The notes under the pieces were generated by a model that saw only the letters and a list, made by a program, of their open reading frames with translations, ran no database searches and was not told where the DNA came from. 64,000 nucleotides of DNA from Dicyema japonicum (taxonomy: Eukaryota; Animalia; Dicyemida): positions 103,476-167,475 of the forward strand of contig RDEW01000013.1 in the NCBI GenBank assembly GCA_011109175.1, in the 5' to 3' direction. This document shows positions 39,000 to 53,885 of this stretch, one piece after another (the stretch's first letter is position 1; each line of letters opens with the position of its first letter). The position numbers were made by a program, and so were the translations under genes.

Positions 39000-40260
39000 T
39001 TTAAGCCACAAACCTGTCAGGAAAATAGATGGGCCTTCTTCATCTTCAATAAGACCGAAGAGAACACAGCCGATTAACTTTATCTCTCATTCAGATGTCG
39101 GTGAGGGTTTGAAAAGGATGAATTCTTGGATTTAGAAGGGGTCATTCAACTTCTACCCACCGAACTTCCCTCAACCAATTTATCATTGAAGGCTTTAACA
39201 CAAATCCTCGCCACCTCAAAACAGTCGTTTGCTCGATCGATTTACAAAAGGCCTTCGACTCTGTCTCAAGGAAAATCCTAACCTGGAAATTGTTTGCCCT
39301 CCCCGTCAACCCCAATATAAAACTTTGGCTTGCTAACTTCATAAATGGAAGAAGGGCCCGGGTATACATGGATGGGACCAAATCAATTTCAAGATTACTA
39401 CCCAATGGTGTCCCACAAGGTTCCTTTTTATCACCCGCCTTATTTAACTTATACATGTCCGATTTACCACAACCCGATAATAAAGACGATTTCCTCCTAT
39501 CATATGCTGATGACTTATTAATCGGATCCCGCGATCAAGATATCCCAAAGGCATCAGAAAGACTACAAGAATACCTTCACAAGATTCAAATTTGGCTAAA
39601 TTATAACTGGCTTGATATATCTACTGAAAAATCTTCTTCGTCTTTATTTACCTCAGACAAACGACTTGGACAAATGACAGTGGATATTTTATCAACCAGA
39701 CAAAAATACCTTTCACGAAGAAACTGAAAATCTTGGGGATCACCTTCGACACACACATGTCCTTTTCATCTCACGTCGACGCTGTCTCTGGAAGCTGCTC
39801 AAGAAAGCTAGAGATAATCAAAACTATTTTCGGTGACATTAAAACCCTTTCCCAGCTTTGAATATATTGTACAAACAATTCATTGAGTCATCTGTCAGCT
39901 ATGCCTGTACGTTATGGGGAATCAATCTGTCCTGGATGAACAAACATAGAATCCAGAACATTCATGCATTAACAGCCACTACTATTTGTAATCTCGGGAA
40001 ACTAGAAAAACTAATAGCCTCATTACTTGAAGACCTATCAGACAAAAAGGAAGGGGATTTGCTACCCTGTGCAAGCAGTTCAACTCTCAACAATACACAG
40101 CCACGACATGTCTTATTAGAAGGGTGTACATCACCCCTCTCCAATTCCTAATCCCAAACCACCCCGCCCACAGAGAAGTTGTGTCGGATCCCAGAAGGCG
40201 CACGAGAAGAAAATGAGAATTTTGATTGAGGCCTTCTAGATCACTTAATTAATTTAGTAA
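39000..40260 (+). mobile_element. Decayed I/Jockey-group LINE RT ending in GATCACTTAATT
   Basis: DLQKAFDSV, GVPQGSFLSPALFNLY, SYADDL, KILGITFD, LYKQFI. Confidence 0.88.
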
Positions 40261-40659
40261 TTAAATAACTATTGGGTGTTCTTGGGTTAATAATAATAAT
40301 CTCCTGGGCCATAATAATTGAGTCTCCAAAGACTACTGATTATAATGTTTCATTTTGACTCCAAATATTTTATGATTTTACAATAAAATAATATTAATTA
40401 TTAAAGTGATCTTTTTGTGCCTACAAGTGGATTTGTCTTTCAAAGAACATAGATTAAGACGGAGATTTTCAGTTCAAGGCTGTAACAGCTTTGTTCTGAT
40501 AAATACTAAGTTGTCTAGCCATTAGTTGAGTTTCAAATTGATGAAATGTCAATCAGTACTGAGTCTAAATCCTTTAGGACGTCTACGAAACTAACACTGT
40601 CGTTGGTTCCTCAGATTTATTTTGTCAAAATGATTTATTTTTATTTATTAATCCAGGAT

Positions 40660-40950
40660 GCACCAAGGAAGAAGTTAAAGTAAACAACTAATTAAGTGTA
40701 TCCAGTTTCCACTTCTAGAGTCCATCCAAAATCAGCATAAAGGGTAAGACGTCCATTACATGTTTGTGGAACCCCTCCAGTGGAGTGGGGGATAGCAAAT
40801 GATCCTTTTTTCGTGCCGGACTGGCACTGGGCGCCACCAAGACAGGTGGATCACATGACGCCACTCTAATAGGAAGAGAGAGGAGGAACAGACGTTCAAG
40901 CAGAAAACTTCAACCAATTAACCACGCAGCACCACATGGTCCCGCGCGGC
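40660..40950 (-). mobile_element. SINE family A copy
   Basis: Reverse complement of family core; head GCCGCGCGGGACCATGTGGTGC. Confidence 0.88.
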
Positions 40951-40999
40951 TTTTTTTTAAATAATGTCAAATGATCAAGTATGTTGAACGCCAAGCGTT

Positions 41000-41750
41000 C
41001 TGTCGCCAAGCGTTCTAACTTAACAATTTTTTATTGTGGTTTATTGGCAAAAAATGTTAAATTCTACTCCCAAATCCAAATCAAATTTATTTTTTCAAGT
41101 TTATATGTAGTTTCTTCCTAAACGAGTAAAACTCTTCCAAAGAATCTGGAGATCTATAACGGATTCTTCAAAATCATTGTAAACCCTGTTCCTACATTTA
41201 TAACAGATTCATGCTTTATATTTTGCCTCGGAAATTAAAATCAGTGTCATAAATTAACTTTGTTAAGAGATTCAAAAAATGTACAATTTTTCTATTGAAG
41301 AGTGACACGTAGTCATCAATTCCACCACAACCAAAAGAATTTAAGTCACCTGTAATGCATTTGTCCCTTTTAAAAATTTCCACCCATTTGATGCCTTAAA
41401 AGTCTTAAAACGTAGTCTATGTGTAATGTTTGAACCTACGAGGTAATATGGAGATTACCAATTTTTTAATGAGTGAGCCACTGACTGGAACATTTTGCAG
41501 TCTCAAGTGCTGAAATAAATCGAGAACCTTTGAATCCAACAATTTAAGATTGCATTCATTCTCAAGAGTTTCAGTTTTTGAACCCACCAATCACAAGTGA
41601 CCTTTTATCCTTTTTTACTTCGATCCATAGTTTCAATGCTTCGAACATTTGTGTAAAGAGTCTGTGAGAATAGATTTTTAATAGAGTTTTTTCAAGTTTT
41701 TCTTGGTATTTTAGGCTCATTTCAAGACCCCTACAAAAATATTAAGTTAA
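41000..41750 (-). mobile_element. Decayed pogo/Tigger fragment
   Basis: LFQHLRLQNVPVSGSLIKK and FKASNGW, CENP-B HTH signatures. Confidence 0.75.
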
Positions 41751-41789
41751 CGTATGGCGTTATCTTTCACAGCAAATGGGTATTATTAT

Positions 41790-42100
41790 TTATTAACCCC
41801 GAATACACCGAGAAAGTTAAAGTAAACAACTAATTAAATGTATCCAGTTTCCACTTCTACAGAAACAGAGTCCATCCGAAATCAGCATAAAAGGTAAAAG
41901 ACGTCCATAGTTGCAGTTGTGGAGACCCCTCCAGTGGAGTGGGGAAGAGCAAATGATCTTTTCTCGTACAAGACTGGCACTGGGCGCCACCTAGACAGGT
42001 GGATCACATGACACCACTCTGATAGGAAGAAAGAGGAGGAACAGACGAACCAAACAGAAACTTAAACCAATTAGCCACGAAGGACCACATGGCGCCATGC
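41790..42100 (-). mobile_element. SINE family A copy (near full length)
   Basis: Reverse complement including the 3' GGATACAT...GTGTATTCGGGGTTAATAAATAATAAT tail. Confidence 0.9.
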
Positions 42101-42289
42101 TGCTAAAAGGATCAGCAAATGGTTGTCGTACAGTCGATGGTAATTGATCCTGTGGTTTTATCGTTAAACCTAAAATCGTCAAGTGTGGTGCCATCTGTAT
42201 ATGTCAAGGAGTTTTATTGGTTAGGGAAACCAAAATTGAATGCCCACAGGAACGGTTTTCTTAGACTATTTCTACGTTCTCTTAGAGTT

Positions 42290-42720
42290 TGATATTAGAA
42301 TACCTCCTAGTAGAGTTGTGAAGATTGCAATCCCCAGATATTTGCCTCTTCAGCAGTCAGTTTGAAAATCTTAGTCCTCACAATAGTCTCAGAGATTCCC
42401 CCGTCACGCCATGTTGAACTAAGGGCTATCGTTACCTGCCTTCTGGAAACCGTCGGATTGACAGAGGTGATGGAAAGGGGTCCGATGGCGTAGCGACCAT
42501 GCCATGGAGCCAAGGGAGGTGTAAACATTCACGGACATTTTTTCTAACGCGAATATTCTCAAGTCATCGTTGGATGCGGGTATAGTATCAAGCACTGCCG
42601 AAGATTCACAAATGAAAACGTACCGCGACATCGGAGATCGTTCGCATTTTAGCTGATCTCTGTTGACTCCCATTCGTGCTCAATGCCTCAGGCCATAACG
42701 GAGACCTTGTCATAATGACA
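42290..42720 (-). mobile_element. CRE-like RT C-terminal/REL fragment
   Basis: ESSAVLDTIPASNDDLRI (equivalent of ESGAWLNAIP), HHLCQSD, WRDGG. Confidence 0.55.
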
Positions 42721-43199
42721 GACTTATTGATTTTGTATATAAAATATGGGAAGTTTCAGAGATTGATAGACCACGTGCTATGCTAAATTACGTTAAATTT
42801 AATGAAAATTAAATTATTACAAAAACCGAGGGTAAAACCAAACTAATTCCTAGATCCTGCACCCGTTCTAACGAAACCCTCACTCAAGCACAGTGCCTTA
42901 GTGGACTTTGTGGATTAATCCATTGAATGCTGGCCAGGCAATGGGCGTCTCCAGAGTAAGGTGAATCTAATGACGCAACCAAAGAGTAAGAAGAGAAATC
43001 TTCAATCAAGTAACCACATGGCATCATATGGCACCACGTGGCGATTTTTCTTATGGAATTTATTTTAATGGATTTTAATATTTAAATTAAATTTATCGGA
43101 CCAGAAAACCACCGTCATAGTCAGAATGAAAAAAAAGTCAGGTGATCCCGAACTCCCTCAGCAGTCTTCGCATACTAGGATTTGAAGGAAGTGCCGTCC

Positions 43200-43410
43200 A
43201 GGGGAACTCTTCTGGATGGTTTCTGACTAATGGTCCTTTTTGGATATAATTTGGGATCATATCTGGCGCCACCAGAGATGGTGAACAACATGACGCACCC
43301 TAACAATTTAAGCTACCCGGAGGCAAAGGAGAAGGAACAGAAAAAAACTAAAAATACTTTAATCCAAGTAGTCACATAGCACCACACTAACGTTTGCACC
43401 ACGCGCCAAT
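43200..43410 (-). mobile_element. Degenerate SINE family A relative
   Basis: GGTGCGTCATGTTGTTCACCATCTCTGGTGGCGCCAG and AAAAAGGACCATT on minus strand. Confidence 0.55.
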
Positions 43411-43509
43411 TTTGTAGTTGAATGGATATTTTCTCTCAATTAAATAATTTTGATAATTTGATTATCTTACAATTTGATTGTTTAATTTTTTTAACAAAAT
43501 AATTTTTTA

Positions 43510-43630
43510 ACAATTAAACAAATGTCAGTTGAGGAAGCCTGCTGCGTGGATTGCGAACGAGTTCCCTCGGAGTATGGCCATTCCAATCCTTTGTCTTAGC
43601 CATAACCCTTCTCGTTGATCCCTTTTCGTT
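43510..43630 (-). mobile_element. CRE-like 3' fragment
   Basis: IGMAILRGNSFAIHAAGFLN*; pair of 17700-17850. Confidence 0.8.
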
Positions 43631-44078
43631 GATTGTTTAATTTGAAAATTAATTGTTTAATCAATAAATATTACAAAAAAGCTTTAACTTGATTAGTTAT
43701 CCCACTAGTAAATTTGATAATCATCGAATTCTTTACTTAGTAACCACCAATCTTGAAAATACTAAAATATTTTTTATTAATTCCCAAACGGCTGAAATTT
43801 ATTGTCTGCCTCAAGTCAGGAGCCATGAGTTCCGTGGAATCCAGTTGGTCACTACCCTCGTCAGTTATGACTGTGAGGACCAATGTTCTTTTGTTCAAAG
43901 TAATCCAATAAGAGTGCAGAGTCCTTACATCCACTAGCATTAGATGACCATCCATAAACACTTAATATCCTTATTGATTCTTTATATTGATTTAATACGG
44001 CGTCGCTTAATCCTACTTAATAGATATGACGCTGCATGCGGTGTTGTTTATACATTCAGCGCCTCCGTCTATTATTTT

Positions 44079-45484
<1,406 letters not shown>

Positions 45485-45599
45485 TATAATATATCACTTT
45501 GATAATTTTATATTTTATTAAATTCATTTTTTGTTTATCAGTCTTAGTTGAGGTTTAAGATAAACCGGTTTAGGATTACGATCTCTTTTTTCTAGTCTA

Positions 45600-46090
45600 C
45601 CGGCGTTGACCTACCCAAGTGAGTCGTGGTCATTTTGAAACTGTCCGCAATCCAGGAAGCTGCCAAAAGAGTCATTGGCCGCAACTTTGTGCCCGCCTCT
45701 CTGGAAGCAGTTTTGATTGGACGACAATGGAAGTTGATGAGAGCAGCTACTCTGCTTAACAGTCCCTATACAAAATCTTGACCAAATTGAAAACCATCCA
45801 AGATACATGCCCTTTATTGAGAGCTATCGATGATTTTCGTCCAAGTTGGATAGGACCTCCGTCATGTCGGTCTGGGAACACTTAGTTGGGAACCTGCTGC
45901 AACTTCGAGTAACCAGTGATGTACCTTCTCATCCCTTGGGACCAAAAATACTTTATCAGCATACACAATTCCCATAATGTTACCATTGTAGAACTGTATA
46001 AGGTCATTCAGGATTGATTCCATATGTAGGGTGAATAACAACAAGGACAGGGGGATTCTTTGTGTTTTGCATAATGTTGCCATGAATTAT
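45600..46090 (-). mobile_element. Decayed RT fragment
   Basis: QRIPLSLLLFTLHMES and IVYAD resemble RT domains 4-5. Confidence 0.55.
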
Positions 46091-46330
46091 TATTATTTAT
46101 TTACACAGGATCCATTCAAGTGAAGAACAACTCTAGACTCATCTCTCGTGGTTAGTCTTCAGCTTCCGGCATCAAGAGACCGAAATCTATCCACAGTCAT
46201 ATCGCTATAAGTCTGATTCGTCCCTTGGATCACAACCGATGATTCTGAAAGTGCATATGACTCTTCTGGTTTTTGGTGAAAGCCCAGGATGTGGAATGGA
46301 CGGTCAGATGTTTTACATTTATCAGGTATT

Positions 46331-46462
46331 GTAGGCCGAAGATCAGCAAATATCCCTGATTGGGAGAATTTAGGAATGGATGTGATCGGTTGTAGAGTAG
46401 GCCCAAGATCAGCAAATATCCCTGATTGGGAGAATTTAGGAATGGATGTGATTGGTTGTAGA
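46331..46462. repeat. Two-copy 66-bp tandem duplication
   Basis: Units start at 46331 and 46397; 22-aa repeat LQPITSIPKFSQSGIFADL on the minus strand. Confidence 0.9.
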
Positions 46463-46589
46463 GGTTTAACGATCATAATTGTTCGGTTGTAGAGGTATTC
46501 CAAAGACCAAGAGTAAAATCAAACTAACTAATCCCGTGATCGTGACGCGTCTCAGTAGAGCCTCATTTAGGCAGGTCACAGAACTCGTC

Positions 46590-46740
46590 GCGAGCGAACG
46601 AAATAGTCTCCCTATGAAATGAAAAGATGGATCCTTTTGAATGCCGGAATTCCGCGTCTCCTAGGTAAGATGGATCCGTTGACGCTACTAGAAGGAAGAG
46701 AAAATATTCAATCACGCAGTCACATGGTACCACAAAACAG
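46590..46740 (-). mobile_element. Highly degenerate SINE family A relative
   Basis: GTGGTACCATGTG head, GGATCCATCTTACCTAGGAGACGC, AAAAGGATCCAT on minus strand. Confidence 0.45.
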
Positions 46741-47167
46741 CAACGATTAATGAGTTATCTTCTAATCTATATACTTATGTCGAAAAAGTGACTGAAAGTA
46801 ACTTAATGCAGTTGTTAACCGTTTGTGTTTATAATAAACTATCAAGCGAATCGATTTTTTGATCACACAACCGAAATTTTAAAACTCAGGTTTTCACATG
46901 GGTCACCTACTCATGGAGAAAACCGCTAAATTCGCAGTGAAAAGCCCCAACTAATTCCCCTTACCAAAGCCACTACCAAATAGTTTGTTTTTATTCTGGC
47001 TACGAGACGAGCGCCAAGCTACCATTCCCAGATTTCACTAAACTCCATAAAACAGTGGAGGTTAGGCTTGGTGAAATTAATTATCTTCAACGTGAATACG
47101 AAACACGTGACAGACTTAAATAAACAATAATCATAATGGCAATTAAAAAGAAGTCTATTAAGGACGC

Positions 47168-47662
47168 CTAAGCTTGGTTATTTTCTGACAAAGAATTGAG
47201 AATTGAATTCCGCAAGTAAATTTTCTCATTCAAAACTTTCCGTAGCTTCAAGGACTGCGCTTGGACATATTTAAACTTCCGTTTGAGGTGTTCCTCAGCT
47301 TTCCCTGCTGTCTGGAATTGTCACACAGAAATACCATTTCCACAAAGTATCCTGTCCCAATGTCCACCAAAAACTTGTTGTTATCTTCGATCACTCCACG
47401 TGCGTAAACCTGAAGAAATATAAAAGAATGAAATAACACAATCAGTAAGCGGGAAAAGCATTTCTTCATTCTTTTGGTGAGATTTAAGTTCTGATACCCA
47501 CTCCTTTGAGTCAACAAAACCGTTCTCAGCAAGCCTCAGAGTCTCAATGCTGGTGCTTATTATTTTTATCTCCTGTGATGTTTAGTAATAAATAACCTCT
47601 TCCAGATTTTGAAACAGAGCATTCGCTTGCTCCTTATTTAAATAAATTGGAGTTTCTGACAT
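47168..47662 (-). CDS. PFDN5: Prefoldin subunit 5 (alpha class)
   Basis: EMLFPLTDC-VYARGVIEDNNKFLVDIGTGYFVEM-TAGEAEEHLKRK; introns 23, 28, 23 nt. Confidence 0.9.
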
Positions 47663-47849
47663 ACAACGAGGAAATAAAACAATATTTTAAATATATTTAT
47701 AAATTTATTTTTAGATTATTAACTTATTTAGTCGAATCAATTTAGTAAATTGAACCACATTTAAAGTCAGGGACTTGTGGCGGCGCTCAACACTATCAGC
47801 TGGACATGACAGTCGGCCTCCTACATGTTAATGACGAAATAACTAATAA

Positions 47850-48270
47850 CTATGATTGTCACCATAACTAAGAGCCATATTAGCTCTAGCTCTTTCCAGA
47901 CAGGATACACACTTTATTTTAAGTAAAGAACAGTTATCATAATTTGGTTGCTTCTGCTTCAGACCCAGGACATGCTTCGAAGCAGGCCGAGGAACGAAAG
48001 AGGAGGAAGTACCAGAGAATTTCGGAGGAGTATATATTTGTTCCATTCGCGGTGGAAACGTCAGGAATCCTTGGCCCCCAAGCAGATGAGTTGGTTCGTA
48101 AGATCGGCTCCATGATTCAAGCTGTGACCAAGGATCCGCGAGAGACTAGTTGGTTCCGAGAACGTATCTCGTTGGCTATTGTTAGGGAAATAGCATGGCC
48201 ATTCAGATGCCTTAATTTTGAACTCTTTTTCATTAATAAATTTTCTTTATTAAAAAAAAAAAAAAAAGTT
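47850..48270 (+). mobile_element. CRE-like 3' fragment with poly(A)
   Basis: ASKQAEERKRRKYQ..FVPFAVETSGILG..WFRERISLAIVR; A-run at ~48251-48267. Confidence 0.88.
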
Positions 48271-48480
48271 ATAATCATAACTAATCGTAGAGGGATAACA
48301 AAGGAATGCTCTTCATTTCCTTTTTTTCTTTTTGTTGCTTGTATAGACCGGTTCCGCTGATGACTTTGTTACTCATCAAATCAAAGCATCGTAAATGCGT
48401 GGAACCTCCAACCGGAATTTATATCAGTGAGATTCGAACCATCAAGTCTTTTGCTCGGCACTCGTTAAACTGCGCCACCC
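48270..48480 (-). mobile_element. tRNA-derived SINE family B copy
   Basis: GGGTGGCGCAGTTT..GATGGTTCGAATCTC; body matches 21905-22130. Confidence 0.75.
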
Positions 48481-49072
48481 TTGTTACTATACTTTTGGAA
48501 TTGTGTTTTCATATGTTTCGTCTCATTGACTACCGTCTTTTTGCTATAGTAACATGGTTAATGATTTATTAACCTCAGAACATTAAGACAAATAAGTGAT
48601 CAAATTATCCTCCAAAACAAATGATAGGATTCTCTTGAGATCCTCCACTGCTTCTCACTATGGGAAATGCGTTCTTATTTTATCGACCTTTTACAATACC
48701 TGCAAATATTCTGAAACGGTCTACCTTTCTATTATTATTTATTTACCCCTGGTTTTTCTAATGAAAGAGATCAGGGGTTAACAGGAAAATAGCTGCCAAA
48801 ATCAGACACTCACAGAGTCGTAAATTCATATAGTGAACACACAGAGGCGTACCAAGTAGACGCGAACTTCCCCAGGAAGGGCAACTTTGCTTCTATAGAT
48901 TTTTGGCGGTCACGTCTAGTTTATACCAAAGTTTTGACGACATGACTAGAAACCCAGTCATGGATCGTTTAACTGAGTGGCCTAGTCTCTTAAATGGTTC
49001 GAATCTGCCTTCCTAGAGGTTACCTAATGAATGTTATTAATGAGCTTAGTATATGTTAATTGTCATTAGTCA

Positions 49073-51329
49073 CTACCCAACAGTAGACATTATTTTGTCT
49101 AATTTGGTTATCTCCATTTCTATTTTTTCTGTTTCCGTCATTTTTTTCGCTCCACGTTTTTCCTACAAATTAATAGACGCATTACCTTGGGGACTTTTCT
49201 CAGATTTGGGGACAACTTATAACTGATCACATACCCCCTAAACACTCAATTTATAATCAGACCTATTATCACCCACCAAAATGACCGGGAACTGGGGATT
49301 AAAGGCTAGATGAGTCAGTTTTGCTTTTTTACGTTGAACCAACTGTTGGGAGCACAAAGCCTCATATTTGTTAACATTCAAATCAAATACGTAAATCTAA
49401 CAAATAACGTTGATCTAACCTTTCCATCCGTCGTACATGCAGCGAATACAGTGGAGGAGTAAGGAGCCCACTTCACATCAGAGACAGGAGCACTCAAATC
49501 AAATGAGAAAATATTCCCTAAAATAAACAACTAAAAGACCCCTTTTCATAATCCCATATTTTAACAGACCAGTCTGCACTACAAGTTATGAAAATCCTGG
49601 GATGAAAATAATTCCAAGCCAGGGAATAGATGGTCATTTGGTGGGCATTGAAGAATGAAATGTACTCGTCCGTATAATATTTTGAACACTTGTATACTCC
49701 CCATCTTCATTACCGACCAAATAGAGATCAGGATAATGAGGACTAAATTCAAAGTAAGTGAGGGAATCTAACTTAATATACAATCTACCATAATTTAAAT
49801 TGTCAAATGAGTTCTTTAGGTATTCATTTTTGGTTAATGTGAGCAAAATGCTGCAACGGAGTTCGTTCTACTGTCAGACAACTTGTAACCTTAACCAGGA
49901 TCCATAAGATAATTTTCCCTTCGGCTCCAATGGAGACAAAATTCATATAACCGTTAGAGTCCTCATCCAGCCACTGAACCTAACACTTTAACTGATAAAG
50001 TGAACTTTCCAAATCGATTCCACGTGCTTATTATTTATGACACTGGAATATTCTGGATTATTGGTCTTGTTCCTTACATCGTACACTTTAACACTTCCGT
50101 CGAAAAAGCCAGCAGCGAGCATGTATGGTTTCGTTGGGGAAGACTGCAGACAGAACACTCCACATGTGGTCTCAATAATAAACTCAGGATATGAAGGGTT
50201 CTTTAGTGAGAATGAGAGTATCAATCCATCTCCCTGGTTGTGCACGTCGTCTAAACTCATATGCACTTATACAGGTCCCATAACCAACTTCGATCAGATC
50301 CGAATATTTGGAATTCCACCCTAAGGCAGTGACAGTCATCTTTTTTGCCTTTCTGTGAGTGAATTTCCACAGCGGAAGTAACGACCCTTCCTGGTCCTTA
50401 AATTCGTCAGTAGCATGTTCCCAGTAACGAAAGTCTAGTGACTACACTCAATACCAAGCAGAATGTCGTCATAAATGTTGTGAGTAACCATTCTTTCGAG
50501 GATTTTGGCTGAATTACAAAGTGAGGATAAATCGTTACTCTTAAGTGTTAACATGCAACAACCTTGGGATTTATTAATGTGAAGCTTTCCTCAGTTTCAC
50601 TATTCGCCAAGGACTTTCTTTCTTTGGTTTTTTCCTATCAAATCAATATTCGCTCCACATTTCTTATTTTTTCTTCCATATATGTATCGAATATCCCCCA
50701 CTGAGAAACTTGACCACTAAACTGAATCTTTGGAGGAGGTTCAGTGATCGTCCCTTTATCCTACCATCACACAACTAATAACTAGGAGTAGGTTATTTAT
50801 CGTTTGGGCAGCTCTCTCTGTGTAGTTGAACTGATTGAATAACTTCTTCGTGGCGGAGTCCTACAATATTTAACCAGAATACTTGATTCTCTGAATTTAG
50901 TGAATAAACTAACCTCTTTGTTGAAGTAACATCTTTCCTTCTTCCGAATCCTTTGCGACGAATGACCCGTTAATTTGAAAGTGGATTTCATATTTTTTTG
51001 CATTCGTAACGGGTTTAAAGCATCCTTCCTACAGTTGACTATACTTTATAACATTATAGTCAAATTGAACGAGATTCTTTGGAATGTTTGGATTCTTTGA
51101 TGTTAGGACTCGAGTGATTTCTTCTTTCAGTTCCTATATATAAGTTAACGTATTACAGCTTCAGTCAAATCCAATTGATCCGGAGGCTTTATCAATGATT
51201 TTTTCTGTGGGGTTATACGAATTATAATACGTGAGTATAGTCATAGTCGATACTATCTTTGTAATTTTCATTTTTCTTCTTATTGGTCTAGTTTTAGGGG
51301 GTAATGGCTACCTGTTGTACTTTTGCCAT
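49073..51329 (-). CDS. DNAI1: Axonemal outer-arm dynein intermediate chain 1
   Basis: [78 protein letters not shown]; many micro-introns. Confidence 0.93.
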
Positions 51330-51419
51330 TGTTACTATAGATTTATTTTTTAATATCAAAATAATATAAAAAATTATTTAATTATCATAATAATTGTTTT
51401 GCATACCACACTATTATCT

Positions 51420-51990
51420 TCAGATGCTTTTCCATTCAAATCTCGCTGATGCCTATTCAGACTAAAGATTACATACGTCTACGTGACAAATGAAGCTGTC
51501 AGCAGTGATACCCCTAAGGAACAGGCTAGTCTTCAAGAACATTTGGTTCTCTTACGATTAATTAGCATGACTGTTCTTTCCTTTATTAAATAAACTTTAA
51601 CCCGGCTTAAGTGGAGGTTTGGTAGTGAAAACATTGATACTCATCTACGGAAGGAATGATATTAATATATTGTTTCCTACTTGATCGAAGAGTTCCTTTC
51701 TGCTATTTGTCTCCTTTAACTCCTGAAAGGTGTCATCACATAACCGGTATCCAAAAAGACCTCTTTTACCTACTCCAGAGGAAAGGTCCTACATGGGAAC
51801 TGGATAGAACTTCTTCAGGTATATCTGGGGTTATCAAATAATCTTAAGAAAACAATATTAGTTTATAATCACAAAAATCCTGCAATCGGGAGAAACTGTT
51901 GCTATGGAAGAATGACTCACAAGAACTCAGTGGACTTTCCCTTCCAATGTTACTTAATGTCTTGTGTATAATATAAATGACCTAAAATGT
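51420..51990 (-). CDS. Hypothetical protein (orphan), start unresolved
   Basis: Frame-preserving micro-introns 51453-51476 (24), 51551-51571 (21), 51581-51601 (21) give ...FDQMSINVFTTKPPLKPGKNKNQMFLKTSLFLRGITADSFICHVDASARFEWKSI*. Confidence 0.5.
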
Positions 51991-52052
51991 AAATATTAAG
52001 TGCCAATTAGTCATTAAGGAAAACTTTAAGCAATTCAAAACATAAAACTAAG

Positions 52053-53249
52053 TCATTTCCGTGGAGTCGAACGGCGCCAATTTAGCAATGAGAAACGTTT
52101 TTTATTAGGTGGAGTATTCGCACGTGAAAACATCTTTGCTAGGATTGATTGTGACGCAGGCTTTTGCTTTTTGTCTTTTCTCAAAAGATCTTTCCAAAAT
52201 TCACTTCCACGTGTAAGAAGACTTTCCATTATTTCCTGATATTCACAATGTGAGCTCTCGTCCTACGATTATGCACAATAACCTAACTTTGCCAAAAAAT
52301 AGATTAATAAAGAAACACCACTGCAGTTTCCTAACATTGGTTGAATACATTCGTTCCAAATGAAGACAAAGGGTGACCAACAGATCCATGTTCGCACAGG
52401 GGAGAGTGTCTCTAAGTAAATTAACTATTTCATCATCCTTTGACTCCCTTAAAGGGACATGAATTTTCCTCGGGGATTAAAGGAAAGGCTATTTCACTGA
52501 TAATCGACTTGATGGCACTGGCTATAACGTGAGGACAAGTGACATGATTCTATCTCGTAACGAACTAATACTAAAATGTTTTCCGCATCCCCCAAATTAT
52601 CAGTCGATAGTTTACTTAGAAGATCATTCACCAGGGACAATGACCTTAACTATATTCAGTAAATAAACCCGGGTATTTTATAGAGATCATCCACGTCAGA
52701 ATACTTCTCCTCGATGTACTTTGTCAATACGTTCTATAGTGTGATTATTTATTACGAGAGATTTGGGCACATGGAGGGAGATAAAATCAAGCTAACATTA
52801 TTTTTTAATTAGAACCTTATCCTTCGGAGTGCTTTGAAGCGCCAGATTTCTCTGGGTCATAAAAATGATTTTTTTATGTGGAGGAGTATTGAATAGTGAT
52901 AACTTGCTAATTGAATTGTCGTCAAATGTAATTTCATTAGTCTCCTCCTATTTTAAAATTTTATCCACCCTCAACTAAGAATAAACGGCGTTTTGTAGTT
53001 AAATGAGATTTTTGTCCGACACATTGAATATACTCATCCCTACAATAACGAAAATTCTGCAAACCGAGTGTGTTGGATTATAATTTCCAACTTCTTAACC
53101 TTGTTTTCTAAGTAATTTATTCTTTCTTTGCAAAATTCGAGCGAATTTTTAGAATCTTGAAAGTTATATTATTATTATTTACTGACTAATAAAGAAAAAA
53201 TTTTAATCCACGATTTTCGCATTTCACACGTCGCTAAATCTCTGCTCAT
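52053..53249 (-). CDS. RhoGAP-domain protein, RACGAP1/CYK-4-like, with arginine finger replaced by Lys
   Basis: N-terminal coiled coil (LEFCKERINYLENKVKKLE), YIEE...DDLYKIPG, HVIASAIKSII..PLI, LPCANMDLLVTLCLHLERM, EIMESLLTRGSEFWKDLL (cf. KVVERLLSLPLEYWSQFM); one unresolved shift near 52450. Confidence 0.7.
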
Positions 53250-53885
53250 TCCAAAATTTCCCGCTTATTTCACAATTTATTTATAATTTAAATTTTGAAT
53301 AAAATAAAGAAATTATTAACCAAAAAACATTTTAACATGTCGGCTAAAAAATCATATGTCTTACCGATCTGGTGATATTTGAATGAAAGGTTCTTTATCC
53401 TTCTAACAAAATGGACACCCAAAAACGGCCTATGCCAACGAGGTGACGTTGAAACAAACTACGGCCCAGTAAATTAAACATTTTTAAAAAGAAAACTCGA
53501 AATTTTAACATTTATATCCCCAAGCATGTGCAACAAAAGAGACAACCTTGGATGTCAATCTCTTCCACGCATCTCTATTATTAGCTAGGGTTCTTAATGT
53601 GGTTAAGCAGTCGCGGGTTTCAATTGTTAGTTTACGTTTTCAGGTCCTTTTGTAAGACAACTGGTCAAGTTATCCTAGGCATTAAACGGAAACCACCCTC
53701 TTGACAAACATAGTAATCTCCCATAGGTACATTCGGCGGATTTGTCAATTCCATCCTCAGGATCTGCAAAATAGTCTCCAGCGAGACTCCATTATCTCCA
53801 GACTTATTGGCCTGCATACGCATTTTGAAATCCACTTTTTATTATTATAACTTTTTATGTAATGATTTTTTAATTTGAAATCCAC

